64,000 nucleotides of DNA from Escherichia coli (GCA_025336685.1 GCA_025336685.1_4717.1); one strand, 5' to 3'. Counted from the first letter of the stretch, positions 48,589 to 58,106 are shown. Program-made: numbers and translations. The notes: generated by a model not told the origin, from the sequence alone.

Positions 48589-49965
48589 ATGAAATTTCCA
48601 ATACAACTTAACCGAGGACGTCGAATGATTAGTATTTTTGGTTTTTATACGTACAAAGGGTACGCTAATAACCACCCAAAAACCACGGCGAAATTCGGTG
48701 AGTTCAGCCAGCATAGTGCTACGTTCAGTCGCGAGATCGGCATCTATACCAACACGGCGTACGCACGTACGACCCTGCTGGTATTGAATGCAGAAAACGA
48801 AGCTGGTGAAGCACAAACGCTGGATGACAACACCGCAAATCAGATTCTTCAGGTTGGTCAATGGTTGCTGGAAAAAGCCTCATCGGGCGAAATCCAGGAT
48901 GACAGAGACCAGGTTATCAGCTACCTAAAAGACGACTTCACAACGTATTTGGATTCTATCGACATCCCGACACCCACCACCGATGGGAAAGTCTATCTAC
49001 CGGCGTGGATCAGTTTCAAGATAACCGCCACGGGTGATGTTGTCAAGATATGGCTGTCTGATAGCGTATTCCAAAGTCAATATCCAAAATACGAATATGA
49101 AGTCGTTCCTCCTGTTCCTAAGGATCAGTTAGACACCTTCTTCGAAGATCTGGCAACGTTGAAGAAACTGGTTGACAGTCGAAGCAGCGAGAAACTGACC
49201 GAAGAAATCAACGAGGTGCGCGACCAATTCCCAGACACACAATTGTGGACGAAAACCTATAAAGCGTACGATTACACCGACGATTCGAAGTACATTGATA
49301 CCGATTGGACGGTGATTATCTACGGTGCAGCAGGTAACAATATTGATAATATCAAGGAGTTCCTGCAAAACTGGATTCTTAGCAATAGTACGCATGGACG
49401 CCCAGACTGGGAAATCGTTCTGCCTGATCTTTTTATTCCGACAGAACACATCTTCATCCCAATCTGGAACCGCCACAGCGCTCCGGAGATGACCAATCAG
49501 GCACGTATTTATAGCCCCATCTTCGATGATTCGTTGATGGATACCTACCTGAAAAACTTTGCTGATGGTTACGGTGAAACCGCCGAAGTCCGTAAATCGC
49601 TTCAAGCGGTGCCGACGCTGTGGCGTTCGATCGGTTTCTTAAGTGTTGGTAACTCACGTAACCGTGATGGTAAACTTAAGTTCTACGATCGTTGGCCGCA
49701 ATACGCACTCATCAGCACAACCAGCATCGATATTAACCGTATCGACGACGCGACACGTGAATTCATCACGTTCACTTACGAGATGCTGAAACTGGCGGAA
49801 TCGCTCACTGAAGACGACCCGGTACCGTTGGGTTATAGTCGTGTTACGCGTGGTAGCAATAACTTCTTAGCGAAAAGCCACAACGATGTTCAGTATCTCT
49901 TCTTAACAAAAGAAGCGTTCCTGAAGAAAATGCCGGATGAAGCCGACACACCTGTTGGAGGTTGA
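48589..49965 (+). CDS. hypothetical protein (458 aa)
   Basis: ORF track; 4-nt ATGA overlap with downstream 49962..50594. Confidence 0.55.
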   Translation: MKFPIQLNRGRRMISIFGFYTYKGYANNHPKTTAKFGEFSQHSATFSREIGIYTNTAYARTTLLVLNAENEAGEAQTLDDNTANQILQVGQWLLEKASSGEIQDDRDQVISYLKDDFTTYLDSIDIPTPTTDGKVYLPAWISFKITATGDVVKIWLSDSVFQSQYPKYEYEVVPPVPKDQLDTFFEDLATLKKLVDSRSSEKLTEEINEVRDQFPDTQLWTKTYKAYDYTDDSKYIDTDWTVIIYGAAGNNIDNIKEFLQNWILSNSTHGRPDWEIVLPDLFIPTEHIFIPIWNRHSAPEMTNQARIYSPIFDDSLMDTYLKNFADGYGETAEVRKSLQAVPTLWRSIGFLSVGNSRNRDGKLKFYDRWPQYALISTTSIDINRIDDATREFITFTYEMLKLAESLTEDDPVPLGYSRVTRGSNNFLAKSHNDVQYLFLTKEAFLKKMPDEADTPVGG

Positions 49966-50594
49966 TTATGGCTGTAACACGCATGACGCCAAGTCCCGGT
50001 GCGGTCGGGGTATTCACAGTATCCGCGCCGTTCACCGTTGGTGCGTCAACGCTTTATACCGTCACAGCGTTGCGTAGATTCAGTGAAGTTATTGGTAGCG
50101 GAATCGATCTATTTAAGGAACTGTACGAACCGTTATCGATAGACAAATCCACATTCGATGCGCATCTCGAAGCGAATGCTTATCTCGTTACGCTGCAACC
50201 GGATTACGGTGCGCCCGTACTGGTACCTGATACGTATATCACGTCGTACCCAAAGAACGATTCGTTGCGGTATCGTCGCATTATTCTGGGTATCGATTTC
50301 GGGCCTCTTCCTCCAGGTCTTGACCTTTCGTATTTAACAACGATATTGAAAGGTAAGGCCAGTGATATTCTTGGTGTCGAACCTGAAGTTAAAATAATGG
50401 AAATCACTCTCGATGATACCGTTACTCAGGAACAACATCAGATAAACGAAGCCCGTCGTCAGGCTGCGATAAAAGAGCGAGATACCATTTACGCGCGCTG
50501 TGAAACGCAAGAGAAGCAGATAACAGCTTTACTTGCAACCCAAAAGCAACTTATCAAATTGCTTCAGGACGCCGGAATCAATCCAACACCTTAA
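49962..50594 (+). CDS. hypothetical protein (210 aa)
   Basis: ORF track; followed by hairpin terminator. Confidence 0.5.
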   Translation: MIMAVTRMTPSPGAVGVFTVSAPFTVGASTLYTVTALRRFSEVIGSGIDLFKELYEPLSIDKSTFDAHLEANAYLVTLQPDYGAPVLVPDTYITSYPKNDSLRYRRIILGIDFGPLPPGLDLSYLTTILKGKASDILGVEPEVKIMEITLDDTVTQEQHQINEARRQAAIKERDTIYARCETQEKQITALLATQKQLIKLLQDAGINPTP

Positions 50595-50600
50595 CATATT

Positions 50601-50640
50601 CCCTCCTCCTTCCCATGTTGGGTTGGAGGAGGGTTATGCC
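50601..50640 (+). terminator. hairpin (CCCTCCTCC / GGAGGAGGG, loop TTCCCATGTTGGGTT) after plus gene
   Basis: Read directly; paralog of 37741..37772. Confidence 0.5.
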
Positions 50641-50647
50641 GTCAAGC

Positions 50648-50695
50648 AAAAAAAAAAAAAATGATAGCCACGGACCCTCCAATGAAGGAGGGTCG
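50648..50695 (-). terminator. intrinsic terminator for minus strand (hairpin GACCCTCC / GGAGGGTC followed by T14)
   Basis: A14 run at 50648..50661 on plus strand is a T14 on the minus strand directly 3' of the hairpin, downstream of gene 50707..51411. Confidence 0.7.
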
Positions 50696-50706
50696 TGACC
50701 GTCAGT

Positions 50707-51411
50707 TTAGGATGTAGATAATCTCGCGTACTTCTGGCGAACATGGTTCTTACGGCGAACTTCGTCATCCTCGTCACGCCATTCGAGGTAAGCAACGAAT
50801 CGACGTAACTGTGCTGCTGTCATCGTTGACGATCGGTCTTCTACATCTAGAACGACGTAACGAACGCCACCAACATCATCGCAATCAACGTAATTGAATA
50901 CCATAAGGCCATCACCGTATTCAACGACGGTAACTTCGAACCGTTTCTCGAACAAATAAAACAGTTCCGATTCGATGATCATCGGAATGACGCATATTTC
51001 AGCACGATCGAGGATTTCCATCATCACCCGTAACGCGCGAGGAGTATGGCGAGCGAACTGGCCGTTAAAACGTTGTCTCATTGCTTGTTCCACGCCATCT
51101 GTTTTTGTTCCAAACCAAGGACGTATTACAGATTTCGGTGGTGTAAGACGAAAGCGATATGCTTGTATAAACAACAGAATATCAGCGACGTTAGGAAATT
51201 CTTCCTGGTCTTCGTATATCTTGCGGATAATATCCGGAATCGTAACCATCAAGTATTTCTTATCGCCTCCCACTTTCTCGAGATTAGCAATATGTCCTTC
51301 TACTACCGGCTGGTAAACGAAATTATACCAATGACGGTATCTTGCAGCACGCTGGTAATTCGGGATAAAATTAAGAACAACATTCACTGCACGTTTTAAC
51401 GGGTTCATCAA
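50707..51411 (-). CDS. hypothetical protein (234 aa)
   Basis: ORF track. Confidence 0.5.
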   Translation of the reverse strand: MMNPLKRAVNVVLNFIPNYQRAARYRHWYNFVYQPVVEGHIANLEKVGGDKKYLMVTIPDIIRKIYEDQEEFPNVADILLFIQAYRFRLTPPKSVIRPWFGTKTDGVEQAMRQRFNGQFARHTPRALRVMMEILDRAEICVIPMIIESELFYLFEKRFEVTVVEYGDGLMVFNYVDCDDVGGVRYVVLDVEDRSSTMTAAQLRRFVAYLEWRDEDDEVRRKNHVRQKYARLSTS

Positions 51412-51422
51412 AAGGTTCCTTC

Positions 51423-51857
51423 TTATGTTCTAATATGCACATCGTCAATCCCCTCGGTAATCCAGCCGATGGGAAGGACAATCGTTGTTATCGTGTTATG
51501 GGTGTAGGGATTAAGAAAATGGAAATAGTAATTTTTGTTAGACTGTTCAATGCGTAGCTCGAGCTGCGCATCTTCAGGTAACCGTAACCAAGCACCGTAC
51601 AGCTCATTAAACTTACGCTGAATTTTACCCGGGTTCATTGGAACCCTACGACCACGGTGGCGTAGCTGACGTAATGATTCAATCAAACACTCAGAGATAC
51701 CCATTACCGTTCCGTTATCGCTTGCATCAATAACGATGAACTCATGTGACCCGCGACCATGATAGAATCCAGCAACAAGCGCAACGGCGACAACGACAAC
51801 CGTACCGATACCTACGTACCAATAGTAAACGTCCATAACAGCCTCACTTATGCCCAA
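51423..51857 (-). CDS. membrane protein, N-terminal TM helix (144 aa)
   Basis: Hydrophobic segment VGIGTVVVVAVALVAGF near N-terminus. Confidence 0.45.
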   Translation of the reverse strand: MGISEAVMDVYYWYVGIGTVVVVAVALVAGFYHGRGSHEFIVIDASDNGTVMGISECLIESLRQLRHRGRRVPMNPGKIQRKFNELYGAWLRLPEDAQLELRIEQSNKNYYFHFLNPYTHNTITTIVLPIGWITEGIDDVHIRT

Positions 51858-52423
51858 TAGTCGGCGAGCGGTTTCACCTTATTAATGGGTAACTGTACTT
51901 TACCGATGTTCTCTACATCCGCATCAGCGTAGAGAACGATTTTATCGTCGTCTCTTTCCCAACGTATAATAAATCGACCAGGAAGAAGATTACCCTGTTC
52001 AAGAGATGCTGTAACCTGTTGTGTTAAAACAGACAACCAAGCAGGCATCAGTGTTGCAATATCTAAGTCATTTGACCACTCAGCACGTTGCTCCACTGGA
52101 CGCAACATACGTTGGACGGTGCGTTGAACTGTTGCGGTGATATAGCCTTTATCTTCGTCACTGATTGGATCCGGACGAGACACGAAACGTTCAGCAGGCT
52201 TACGGGAAATATGTTCATGTAGTTTGATGAGTGGTGTTGTCATAGTACTCGCTCCATCAGAATGTAATTGGGTAACCCGCAGGGTTGTCTGCATGTTATT
52301 CAGAAGCGCAAAAGCGCCATAAACAACAACGATACCAAGTACAGCCAAAACAGAAATCATTAACGTGTATTGCATTGTCATCTTCCCCTCATACGCATCT
52401 TGAAGATTAGTTAAAAACAACAA
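51848..52423 (-). CDS. membrane protein, N-terminal signal-anchor-like TM helix (191 aa)
   Basis: Hydrophobic segment LMISVLAVLGIVVVYGAFALL; overlaps downstream gene by 10 nt. Confidence 0.45.
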   Translation of the reverse strand: MLFLTNLQDAYEGKMTMQYTLMISVLAVLGIVVVYGAFALLNNMQTTLRVTQLHSDGASTMTTPLIKLHEHISRKPAERFVSRPDPISDEDKGYITATVQRTVQRMLRPVEQRAEWSNDLDIATLMPAWLSVLTQQVTASLEQGNLLPGRFIIRWERDDDKIVLYADADVENIGKVQLPINKVKPLADYWA

Positions 52424-52476
52424 AAGAAAAAACGATATAAAGCAAGGTCCTCTGATATCAGAGGACCTTGGATCAA

Positions 52477-53133
52477 TTAGCTTGCAGCATCTTCATTTGT
52501 ATCAGGTTTGCTTCCCCCTAACAAACCGTCAAACAGACCTGTATGTTTCAGGTAGAAGATAGCGATAGCGCCCATCGCTGCTGCGCTCGTCGCCGTTAAC
52601 GCAACCCCAGCACGATACTGCCATTTACGGTCAGGCTTTTGATCAAGCGCCATACGACGCATGTATTCAGCCTCTGCTTCATTCCGATGAATTTCGGATT
52701 CGGCCAGACGGGCTAAGGTATCGCGGTCAAGGTTATCATAACGTACGTTCATGGAAGTTTCCTCTTGTTTGGAAGTTGATTGCTTAGTGGATTCTTGGTC
52801 AACAGTCGTTTCAGTTGGTTCAAACGGCTGGTTGTTCATTTTCTGATCTTTATTGGTCATGATAGACTCCTTCGATTTTTGAGACGAAATTGATTTAAAC
52901 CATCGTGGATGGCGGTATTCGGTTTTACATGTACAGTTAAGTTTCTCGTGCATGAAAGCGTAAAAACGTTTTGCACCTACACGTAAGGCTTTCAGCATTA
53001 TCCATCCACGAGCACTCAAACGGTGTAGCTGTTGCGGTATGTCGAGTTTCCTAGCCAAGCGAAAGTATCTCTCAATCACTTCGATAGGAAACCATTGTTG
53101 TTCCGCATCGGTGAGACTGAAAGTCTTATCCAT
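52477..53133 (-). CDS. protein with C-terminal TM helix (about 218 aa)
   Basis: ORF track start 53160 is GTG; first ATG at 53133 (MDKTFS...); C-terminal hydrophobic segment AGVALTATSAAAMGAIAIFYL. Confidence 0.45.
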   Translation of the reverse strand: MDKTFSLTDAEQQWFPIEVIERYFRLARKLDIPQQLHRLSARGWIMLKALRVGAKRFYAFMHEKLNCTCKTEYRHPRWFKSISSQKSKESIMTNKDQKMNNQPFEPTETTVDQESTKQSTSKQEETSMNVRYDNLDRDTLARLAESEIHRNEAEAEYMRRMALDQKPDRKWQYRAGVALTATSAAAMGAIAIFYLKHTGLFDGLLGGSKPDTNEDAAS

Positions 53134-53164
53134 GATTGAAATCTCGCTGGCTTGCTTCACCTAG

Positions 53165-53173
53165 GTAATATAG
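53165..53173 (-). promoter_or_regulatory. promoter-like motif GGNCTATATTACC (copy 4)
   Basis: Exact CTATATTAC on minus strand about 35 nt upstream of the 53133 ATG, in a divergent intergenic region. Confidence 0.3.
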
Positions 53174-53282
53174 CCGTGAAAAAAGTTGGATTAAGTTAAA
53201 TACCGCAACCTAACTAATTTTATAGGCCTACAGCCTAAACCAATCATCTTCGAAATCATCATCTACGAAACAGGAACCTATC

Positions 53283-54104
53283 ATGGAAAAAGTATTTGTT
53301 TGTAAGCTGTTTACTAACGGCAATAGCCAACCAATGTATCTGACCGATCCGGTTCTGGGTAATCGGAACAGTACTGTATTCAAAGAAGCTATCGAATACG
53401 CTAAAAATAAAGCCGTGAGAACACTGACGTCCGATGACTGTATCAATGGTATCACGTGGGCAGAGTTATTAGGTGATGCTGTTAGACACTTCGTTCGGGA
53501 TGCAAGAAAACAGGAAATCAGCCTCACGACCATTGTCGTGCGCGAAAACGCAGAAATTTTATCAAACGTTTTAGTTGATTTTAATGACGTTTACGTGTTT
53601 AATCCAGAGAACACTTTTGAACAATACCTTGCCGCCCTGAACAAACAGCTCGGTAAAGATGTTCATCCCGAATTCGCCAAGTTAACGTATCAAGTACTTT
53701 TTGACGACGTCGATCCGAATACGAAGATCAGCACCCGCTTAAACTGCCAGATAAAGAAATACGGATCGGTTCTTGCTACAGCGACACCTACCATCGATGG
53801 CGGTTATGATATCGAATTGGATTCTCCATTAAAAGAACAAGAACCTACTGGGGTTCGGGCAATACATCATACCCTCGTCGTTAAATCCGATGGTTGTGAT
53901 GAACATTACGCTATGACAAACGATGAAAATAATCACCGTTTAAGTCAAGCGATCGGTGTTCTACGTTATACCGAACCAACCACTGTAGACGATTATACTT
54001 CGACAACAACGCACACCACGTGTTTCATTTTCATTTATCCAAATGAAAGTGTGTACATTACTGACTGCTACGGCAACACGGTAGATAGCTTACGTCGTTA
54101 TTAA
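53283..54104 (+). CDS. hypothetical protein (273 aa)
   Basis: ORF track; followed by a textbook terminator. Confidence 0.5.
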   Translation: MEKVFVCKLFTNGNSQPMYLTDPVLGNRNSTVFKEAIEYAKNKAVRTLTSDDCINGITWAELLGDAVRHFVRDARKQEISLTTIVVRENAEILSNVLVDFNDVYVFNPENTFEQYLAALNKQLGKDVHPEFAKLTYQVLFDDVDPNTKISTRLNCQIKKYGSVLATATPTIDGGYDIELDSPLKEQEPTGVRAIHHTLVVKSDGCDEHYAMTNDENNHRLSQAIGVLRYTEPTTVDDYTSTTTHTTCFIFIYPNESVYITDCYGNTVDSLRRY

Positions 54105-54110
54105 TCATGG

Positions 54111-54140
54111 AGCCTGTCCTTCGGGGCAGGCTTTTATGCT
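54111..54140 (+). terminator. rho-independent terminator (9-bp stem, UUCG tetraloop, then TTTTATGCTGTT)
   Basis: AGCCTGTCC-TTCG-GGGCAGGCT followed by a T-run, 7 nt after the stop codon. Confidence 0.8.
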
Positions 54141-54206
54141 GTTAAATATCAGGAATAAGAATTAACAAAATAGGAAAATGGTGTGAATATAACACAAAGG
54201 AGGGAG

Positions 54207-54329
54207 ATGATTATGTTACTCATTCTAATGGAGAGAGCATTGCTGGCGGGTATATGCGCATTCTCTGTTAAACACGCTGTTGCTATCATGACTGAAGAAA
54301 GGCGTAATACGCATAATGTATTACGCTGA
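54207..54329 (+). CDS. small hydrophobic ORF (40 aa), candidate small membrane peptide
   Basis: AGGAGG 3 nt before ATG at 54207 (in-frame ATG also at 54213); MIMLLILMERALLAGICAFSV...; 9-bp inverted repeat GCGTAATAC/GTATTACGC at its 3' end. Short, so tentative. Confidence 0.25.
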   Translation: MIMLLILMERALLAGICAFSVKHAVAIMTEERRNTHNVLR

Positions 54330-54334
54330 AAACA

Positions 54335-54748
54335 ATGTCTGCATTAGTGTATGACGAGAAATCGTCGAGGCCCCCGTCTTCACGAGGGCCAACACCTATG
54401 CGCGACTATTTACCATCTACGAAACAAAGGGTTATAAACATGAGCAATTTGAATGTTGAATTTACTTCAACAACGCCCGTCATGAATGGCGTTGGTACTG
54501 AAACTAAGATCGTATTAGAACCCATCCCGGGGTTACGTGATCTCGGTGATTTTTACCAACTGATGCCACGTATACGTAACGCCTTAAACAGTATCGATCT
54601 TGATTCTGATAAAGATTTCCAACACGATACAGAAAATACCGATCATGTGTTGCTACCATCAGGGATCGGAAAATTCACCTACACGCAAACATTGAAAGCC
54701 TCCGATGGTGAAATCCGTCGTTTTATTGTTGAAGTAGAAAGCGCATAA
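54335..54748 (+). CDS. hypothetical protein (137 aa)
   Basis: ORF track; followed by hairpin 54753..54784. Confidence 0.45.
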   Translation: MSALVYDEKSSRPPSSRGPTPMRDYLPSTKQRVINMSNLNVEFTSTTPVMNGVGTETKIVLEPIPGLRDLGDFYQLMPRIRNALNSIDLDSDKDFQHDTENTDHVLLPSGIGKFTYTQTLKASDGEIRRFIVEVESA

Positions 54749-54752
54749 AAAC

Positions 54753-54784
54753 CATCCTCCCAACCCGTAAGGGAAGGGAGGATG
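54753..54784. terminator. hairpin (CATCCTCCC ... GGGAGGATG with inner CCC-GTAA-GGG) between convergent genes
   Basis: Read directly; T5 on the minus-strand side. Confidence 0.5.
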
Positions 54785-54801
54785 AAATATGCCGTTATAT
54801 G

Positions 54802-55443
54802 TTATTCAACAAATCCCGCGTTCAACAAATTGTCGTAAACACGATTAGCGACATCAACAGGAGAATGTGTGTTACTGGTGTCTATACACAACGTTTTCGC
54901 GTCGCCGAGATAGTCCATAAAATCCATGTAACGATAACGTCGTTTATTGAATGTCGCTTCATCGATGTTATCAAACATCTGATGTTTAGCGTGTCGAACA
55001 CGGAATCGCCTTAAATACGTAGGATAGTCAATATCCAGATAAACGTAGTAAGACGGCATGATAATCGACGGTAGGTTCGGCAACAACGCATCAAACAGCT
55101 TAACGTTGGCATCATTAACCTGATAAACGTACGTCGAAGCAATCGAACGATCGCTAAGCACAGTCTTCCCTTCGTTAAGGGCTGGATGAATCACCTTATT
55201 GAAGAGATGATTACGTTGCGACATCATCGCCAACAGTTCAGTTTCTGGATCGAATCTGTTCGTTGGCGTCTGATCTTCCAGGATAAGTTTACGAATCGCT
55301 TCTCCGTAGAGTGTACCACCGGGTTCACGTACGACGCAGACGTTGTTTAAACGACTGTGTAAAGACGAGATAACCGAACTCTTTCCTGAATAATCCAGAC
55401 CTTCAATAACGATATATTTATTACGAGACATTCCCCGCTCCAA
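54802..55443 (-). CDS. tmk: thymidylate kinase (dTMP kinase)
   Basis: P-loop KYIVIEGLDYSGKSS, REPGGT motif and DRSIAST segment, collinear with bacterial Tmk; likely start is the internal Met (MSRNKY). Confidence 0.85.
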   Translation of the reverse strand: MERGMSRNKYIVIEGLDYSGKSSVISSLHSRLNNVCVVREPGGTLYGEAIRKLILEDQTPTNRFDPETELLAMMSQRNHLFNKVIHPALNEGKTVLSDRSIASTYVYQVNDANVKLFDALLPNLPSIIMPSYYVYLDIDYPTYLRRFRVRHAKHQMFDNIDEATFNKRRYRYMDFMDYLGDAKTLCIDTSNTHSPVDVANRVYDNLLNAGFVE

Positions 55444-55447
55444 TTAA

Positions 55448-56629
55448 CTATTTCGTTTTCGCCGTCAACGGTTGCGATACCGTAATCTCGACACGATTCT
55501 CATCGGTACGTTTAACGATGATAAGGCTGCGTTCATCACCGAATGGTGCTGCTACCTCGGAAGCCTCTTTAAGATTTTCAAGAATCTCACCGAAAGCTTC
55601 AAATACCGCAAAACCAGAGCTAACATCAATTCTTACTAAATGTACACACACATCGTTTACGGTAACGGTGTCATCCGTCTTGAACCCGCAACAGGAGGGT
55701 AGACAGAACTGACCGTCAGCGCAATTAGCTAGGCATGCCTCGCCACCGAACATTTCTATTAACGTCACCGGTTTAAATGTTTTCTCTGGGAAAGCGCTAT
55801 TAAGGGTATCGTTTCCATTCACGAACCAGATCGTTACTTTATCTTCAGAATACACCAGCCGGTACGGTTGGGTTGCGGACGCTTGCGCTTTATGCTGGTT
55901 AAATAACTTTGATTTTGTCGCAATCACAGCACGACCTTCGGCGTCGAAGTACAGAACTTCATACCCAACACATCCGATAAACACACGACGGTTATTAAGT
56001 TCCGGAATTCTGACTAATAATGCTTCACCGTTGTATCCGGTAGGAACAATACCACGTAGGATGATAGATTCATTGTTCAATACCGAGTTGTCTGCAGTGA
56101 TACTTCGCATTACCGCTGGCGTCACTATTTTATCTGCGGTAGGTTCAGGTTGCTCAGCAATGCGGTCAAAAGGTTCGATGGATACCATGGGAACGAAGTA
56201 TTCAACTATATACTTGTTTTCAGCACCAACGTCCATGACGGTGATCTGCAAACGCGTAGCATCCGAATTCAATGCTTGTCTCACACGTTCCGCATTAGGA
56301 GTATCGCGGTCAATATGAATCAAGGCTTTTACCACACCGTCGTCTTCCAACCATCCTGTTAAAACGCGACCGACGATATCATTCACGTCACGAATCGGGA
56401 AGCACACTTCAGCGCCATCGAGCACCGCTACGATTTTACTGCTAATGACGGGCACCTTACCGTCGTTAAGATGTGCCAACAGACCGGTTAATGCATCTTC
56501 ACTAACCGGATATTTTGTCGTCGTACTGACCACCGGTATGATAAAACGATCTTCGCCGTATTTCTCTGCACCACAGATAACCGGGACTTGAGGACATTGA
56601 TCAACTAGGCCCCATTCAACAGTAATCAT
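55448..56629 (-). CDS. hypothetical protein (393 aa), Cys-rich C-terminal region
   Basis: ORF track; sits between RuvC-like and tmk genes. Confidence 0.5.
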   Translation of the reverse strand: MITVEWGLVDQCPQVPVICGAEKYGEDRFIIPVVSTTTKYPVSEDALTGLLAHLNDGKVPVISSKIVAVLDGAEVCFPIRDVNDIVGRVLTGWLEDDGVVKALIHIDRDTPNAERVRQALNSDATRLQITVMDVGAENKYIVEYFVPMVSIEPFDRIAEQPEPTADKIVTPAVMRSITADNSVLNNESIILRGIVPTGYNGEALLVRIPELNNRRVFIGCVGYEVLYFDAEGRAVIATKSKLFNQHKAQASATQPYRLVYSEDKVTIWFVNGNDTLNSAFPEKTFKPVTLIEMFGGEACLANCADGQFCLPSCCGFKTDDTVTVNDVCVHLVRIDVSSGFAVFEAFGEILENLKEASEVAAPFGDERSLIIVKRTDENRVEITVSQPLTAKTK

Positions 56630-56661
56630 AACGTTTTCCTTCTTGGGTTTTGTACATGTTG

Positions 56662-57303
56662 CTAACGGCGTTTTGTACCGACCTTCCCATTTCGATGGTC
56701 ATCAAGAATACGCCATTCTTCGAACAGGAGTTCAGCTGCGAAATAACCTACGGCGATGCTGTCTATCGCATGCTCATCAAGATTCGCTAACACAACACCG
56801 TTTCTGGGTGTGATGTTCATGAGGTTCAACACTTTCTGGCGAACATCGTCCTTACCGACACGTGACGTCATGATCCCAACGGCGCGTTTTGCGCTTCGGT
56901 TATCAACCCCTAAGAAAGACACCGTAGGGTCAAAATCGATAACCGTTGTCTGAATCGCTGAAAACAGCTCGCTGAGCGCCATACCGCTTTGCTTGAAACG
57001 ACCGATAAACGGTGTTTCACAAGCGACCGCCTGCGGTTGGTACTCTTGCAATAACGACGTCAGCGAACGACGGTGTTCTTGGATACGTGCGGCACGGTTA
57101 CCGTATCCAAGAGCAATATCACCATCAGGATCATATCGGCGTGAGGCGTGCCATGTCCCCGCATAAAGCAGTTCAATATCTTCGACACGCACGTCCAAAC
57201 GCAGTAACGACGCACCGAGTGTATCGGTGCCGGGGTCGATTGCCAGAATATCGTAAGCGTATTCTGGTGGGATCATGGTGTTACAACAGCCTCTACCGAC
57301 CAC
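56662..57303 (-). CDS. RuvC-like Holliday junction resolvase
   Basis: ILAIDPGTDTLG (RuvC ILGIDPGSRVTG), ACETPF (AIEQVF), KRAVGIMTSRVGKDDVRQKV (KQTVVGIGSAEKSQVQHMV), DEHAIDSIAVG (DAADALAIA); probable start at the second Met. Confidence 0.7.
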   Translation of the reverse strand: MVGRGCCNTMIPPEYAYDILAIDPGTDTLGASLLRLDVRVEDIELLYAGTWHASRRYDPDGDIALGYGNRAARIQEHRRSLTSLLQEYQPQAVACETPFIGRFKQSGMALSELFSAIQTTVIDFDPTVSFLGVDNRSAKRAVGIMTSRVGKDDVRQKVLNLMNITPRNGVVLANLDEHAIDSIAVGYFAAELLFEEWRILDDHRNGKVGTKRR

Positions 57304-58088
57304 GGGAAGGTTTTCGCAATAACGCCTTCCAGGAAGCGTTCAACTTCGGCTTGCTCATACACCGAAAGCTTTTCAAACGGCGTTTGGTCCTCGGTTAAAC
57401 CCACCGCATGAATGGGACCCAGATCTTTAACCAGGGTAACTTCACCTTTAACGCCTTCACGTTTAACGATAACCGCGTGGTCATTAACCTTAGGATCATA
57501 CAACACACGCATCATGGTTACCGCGTCATCCGGCTCATAACCGAAATCGATCGCAACGCGAGCACTCGTCCCTTCTTCATCCAAGAGCTTGCTCAACGCT
57601 TTACAGCGGTCTTCAATCCAATCCAACGCAACCACGGTTTCTTGGCGTAGCTGAACCTCAACCTCTTTTCCTTGTTCATCGATACGTTTCACGGTAACAA
57701 AATCACGCAATAAGCGGTCAGGAAGAAGGGAAGCGATAAGTTCAACGTTGGGTTCGGGTTTATCGTTTTCCAGGATGATGGTCGCTTGTGCGTCCAGATG
57801 TTCTTTAAAACGGATGTAACGTGTTAATCGCAGAACTTCATCCTGGGATTTTGCGTCTTCGGGAATAATCTCCGTCATGACGTTATAAATCTTTTCAGCG
57901 AACGTTGGAATTACGGTGATTGTAATTCGTGCTGGTGTACCACGCTCCTGGTACTCATCGGCTAACTTCTTTGCCATCCCGTTAAAGTAGGTCTGGAGAA
58001 ACGGTTGTTGGGTTAAAAACATTTTTTCCAGATCGGAATAGCGATGCTTGCGCGCGTGGCCTAGCTTCTTCATGGGCTTTTTCATCAA
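57273..58088 (-). CDS. hypothetical protein (271 aa)
   Basis: ORF track; between SbcC-like and RuvC-like genes, overlapping the latter by about 30 nt. Confidence 0.5.
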   Translation of the reverse strand: MMKKPMKKLGHARKHRYSDLEKMFLTQQPFLQTYFNGMAKKLADEYQERGTPARITITVIPTFAEKIYNVMTEIIPEDAKSQDEVLRLTRYIRFKEHLDAQATIILENDKPEPNVELIASLLPDRLLRDFVTVKRIDEQGKEVEVQLRQETVVALDWIEDRCKALSKLLDEEGTSARVAIDFGYEPDDAVTMMRVLYDPKVNDHAVIVKREGVKGEVTLVKDLGPIHAVGLTEDQTPFEKLSVYEQAEVERFLEGVIAKTFPWSVEAVVTP

Positions 58089-58106
58089 CAGAAATCCTTA
58101 TTTATC

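Noticed and set aside
48571-48861. N-terminal 97-codon extension of the 48019..48861 ORF.
   Set aside because: It overlaps 270 nt of the plus-strand ORF 48589..49965; an internal Met at 48570 gives a coherent TM protein without overlap.
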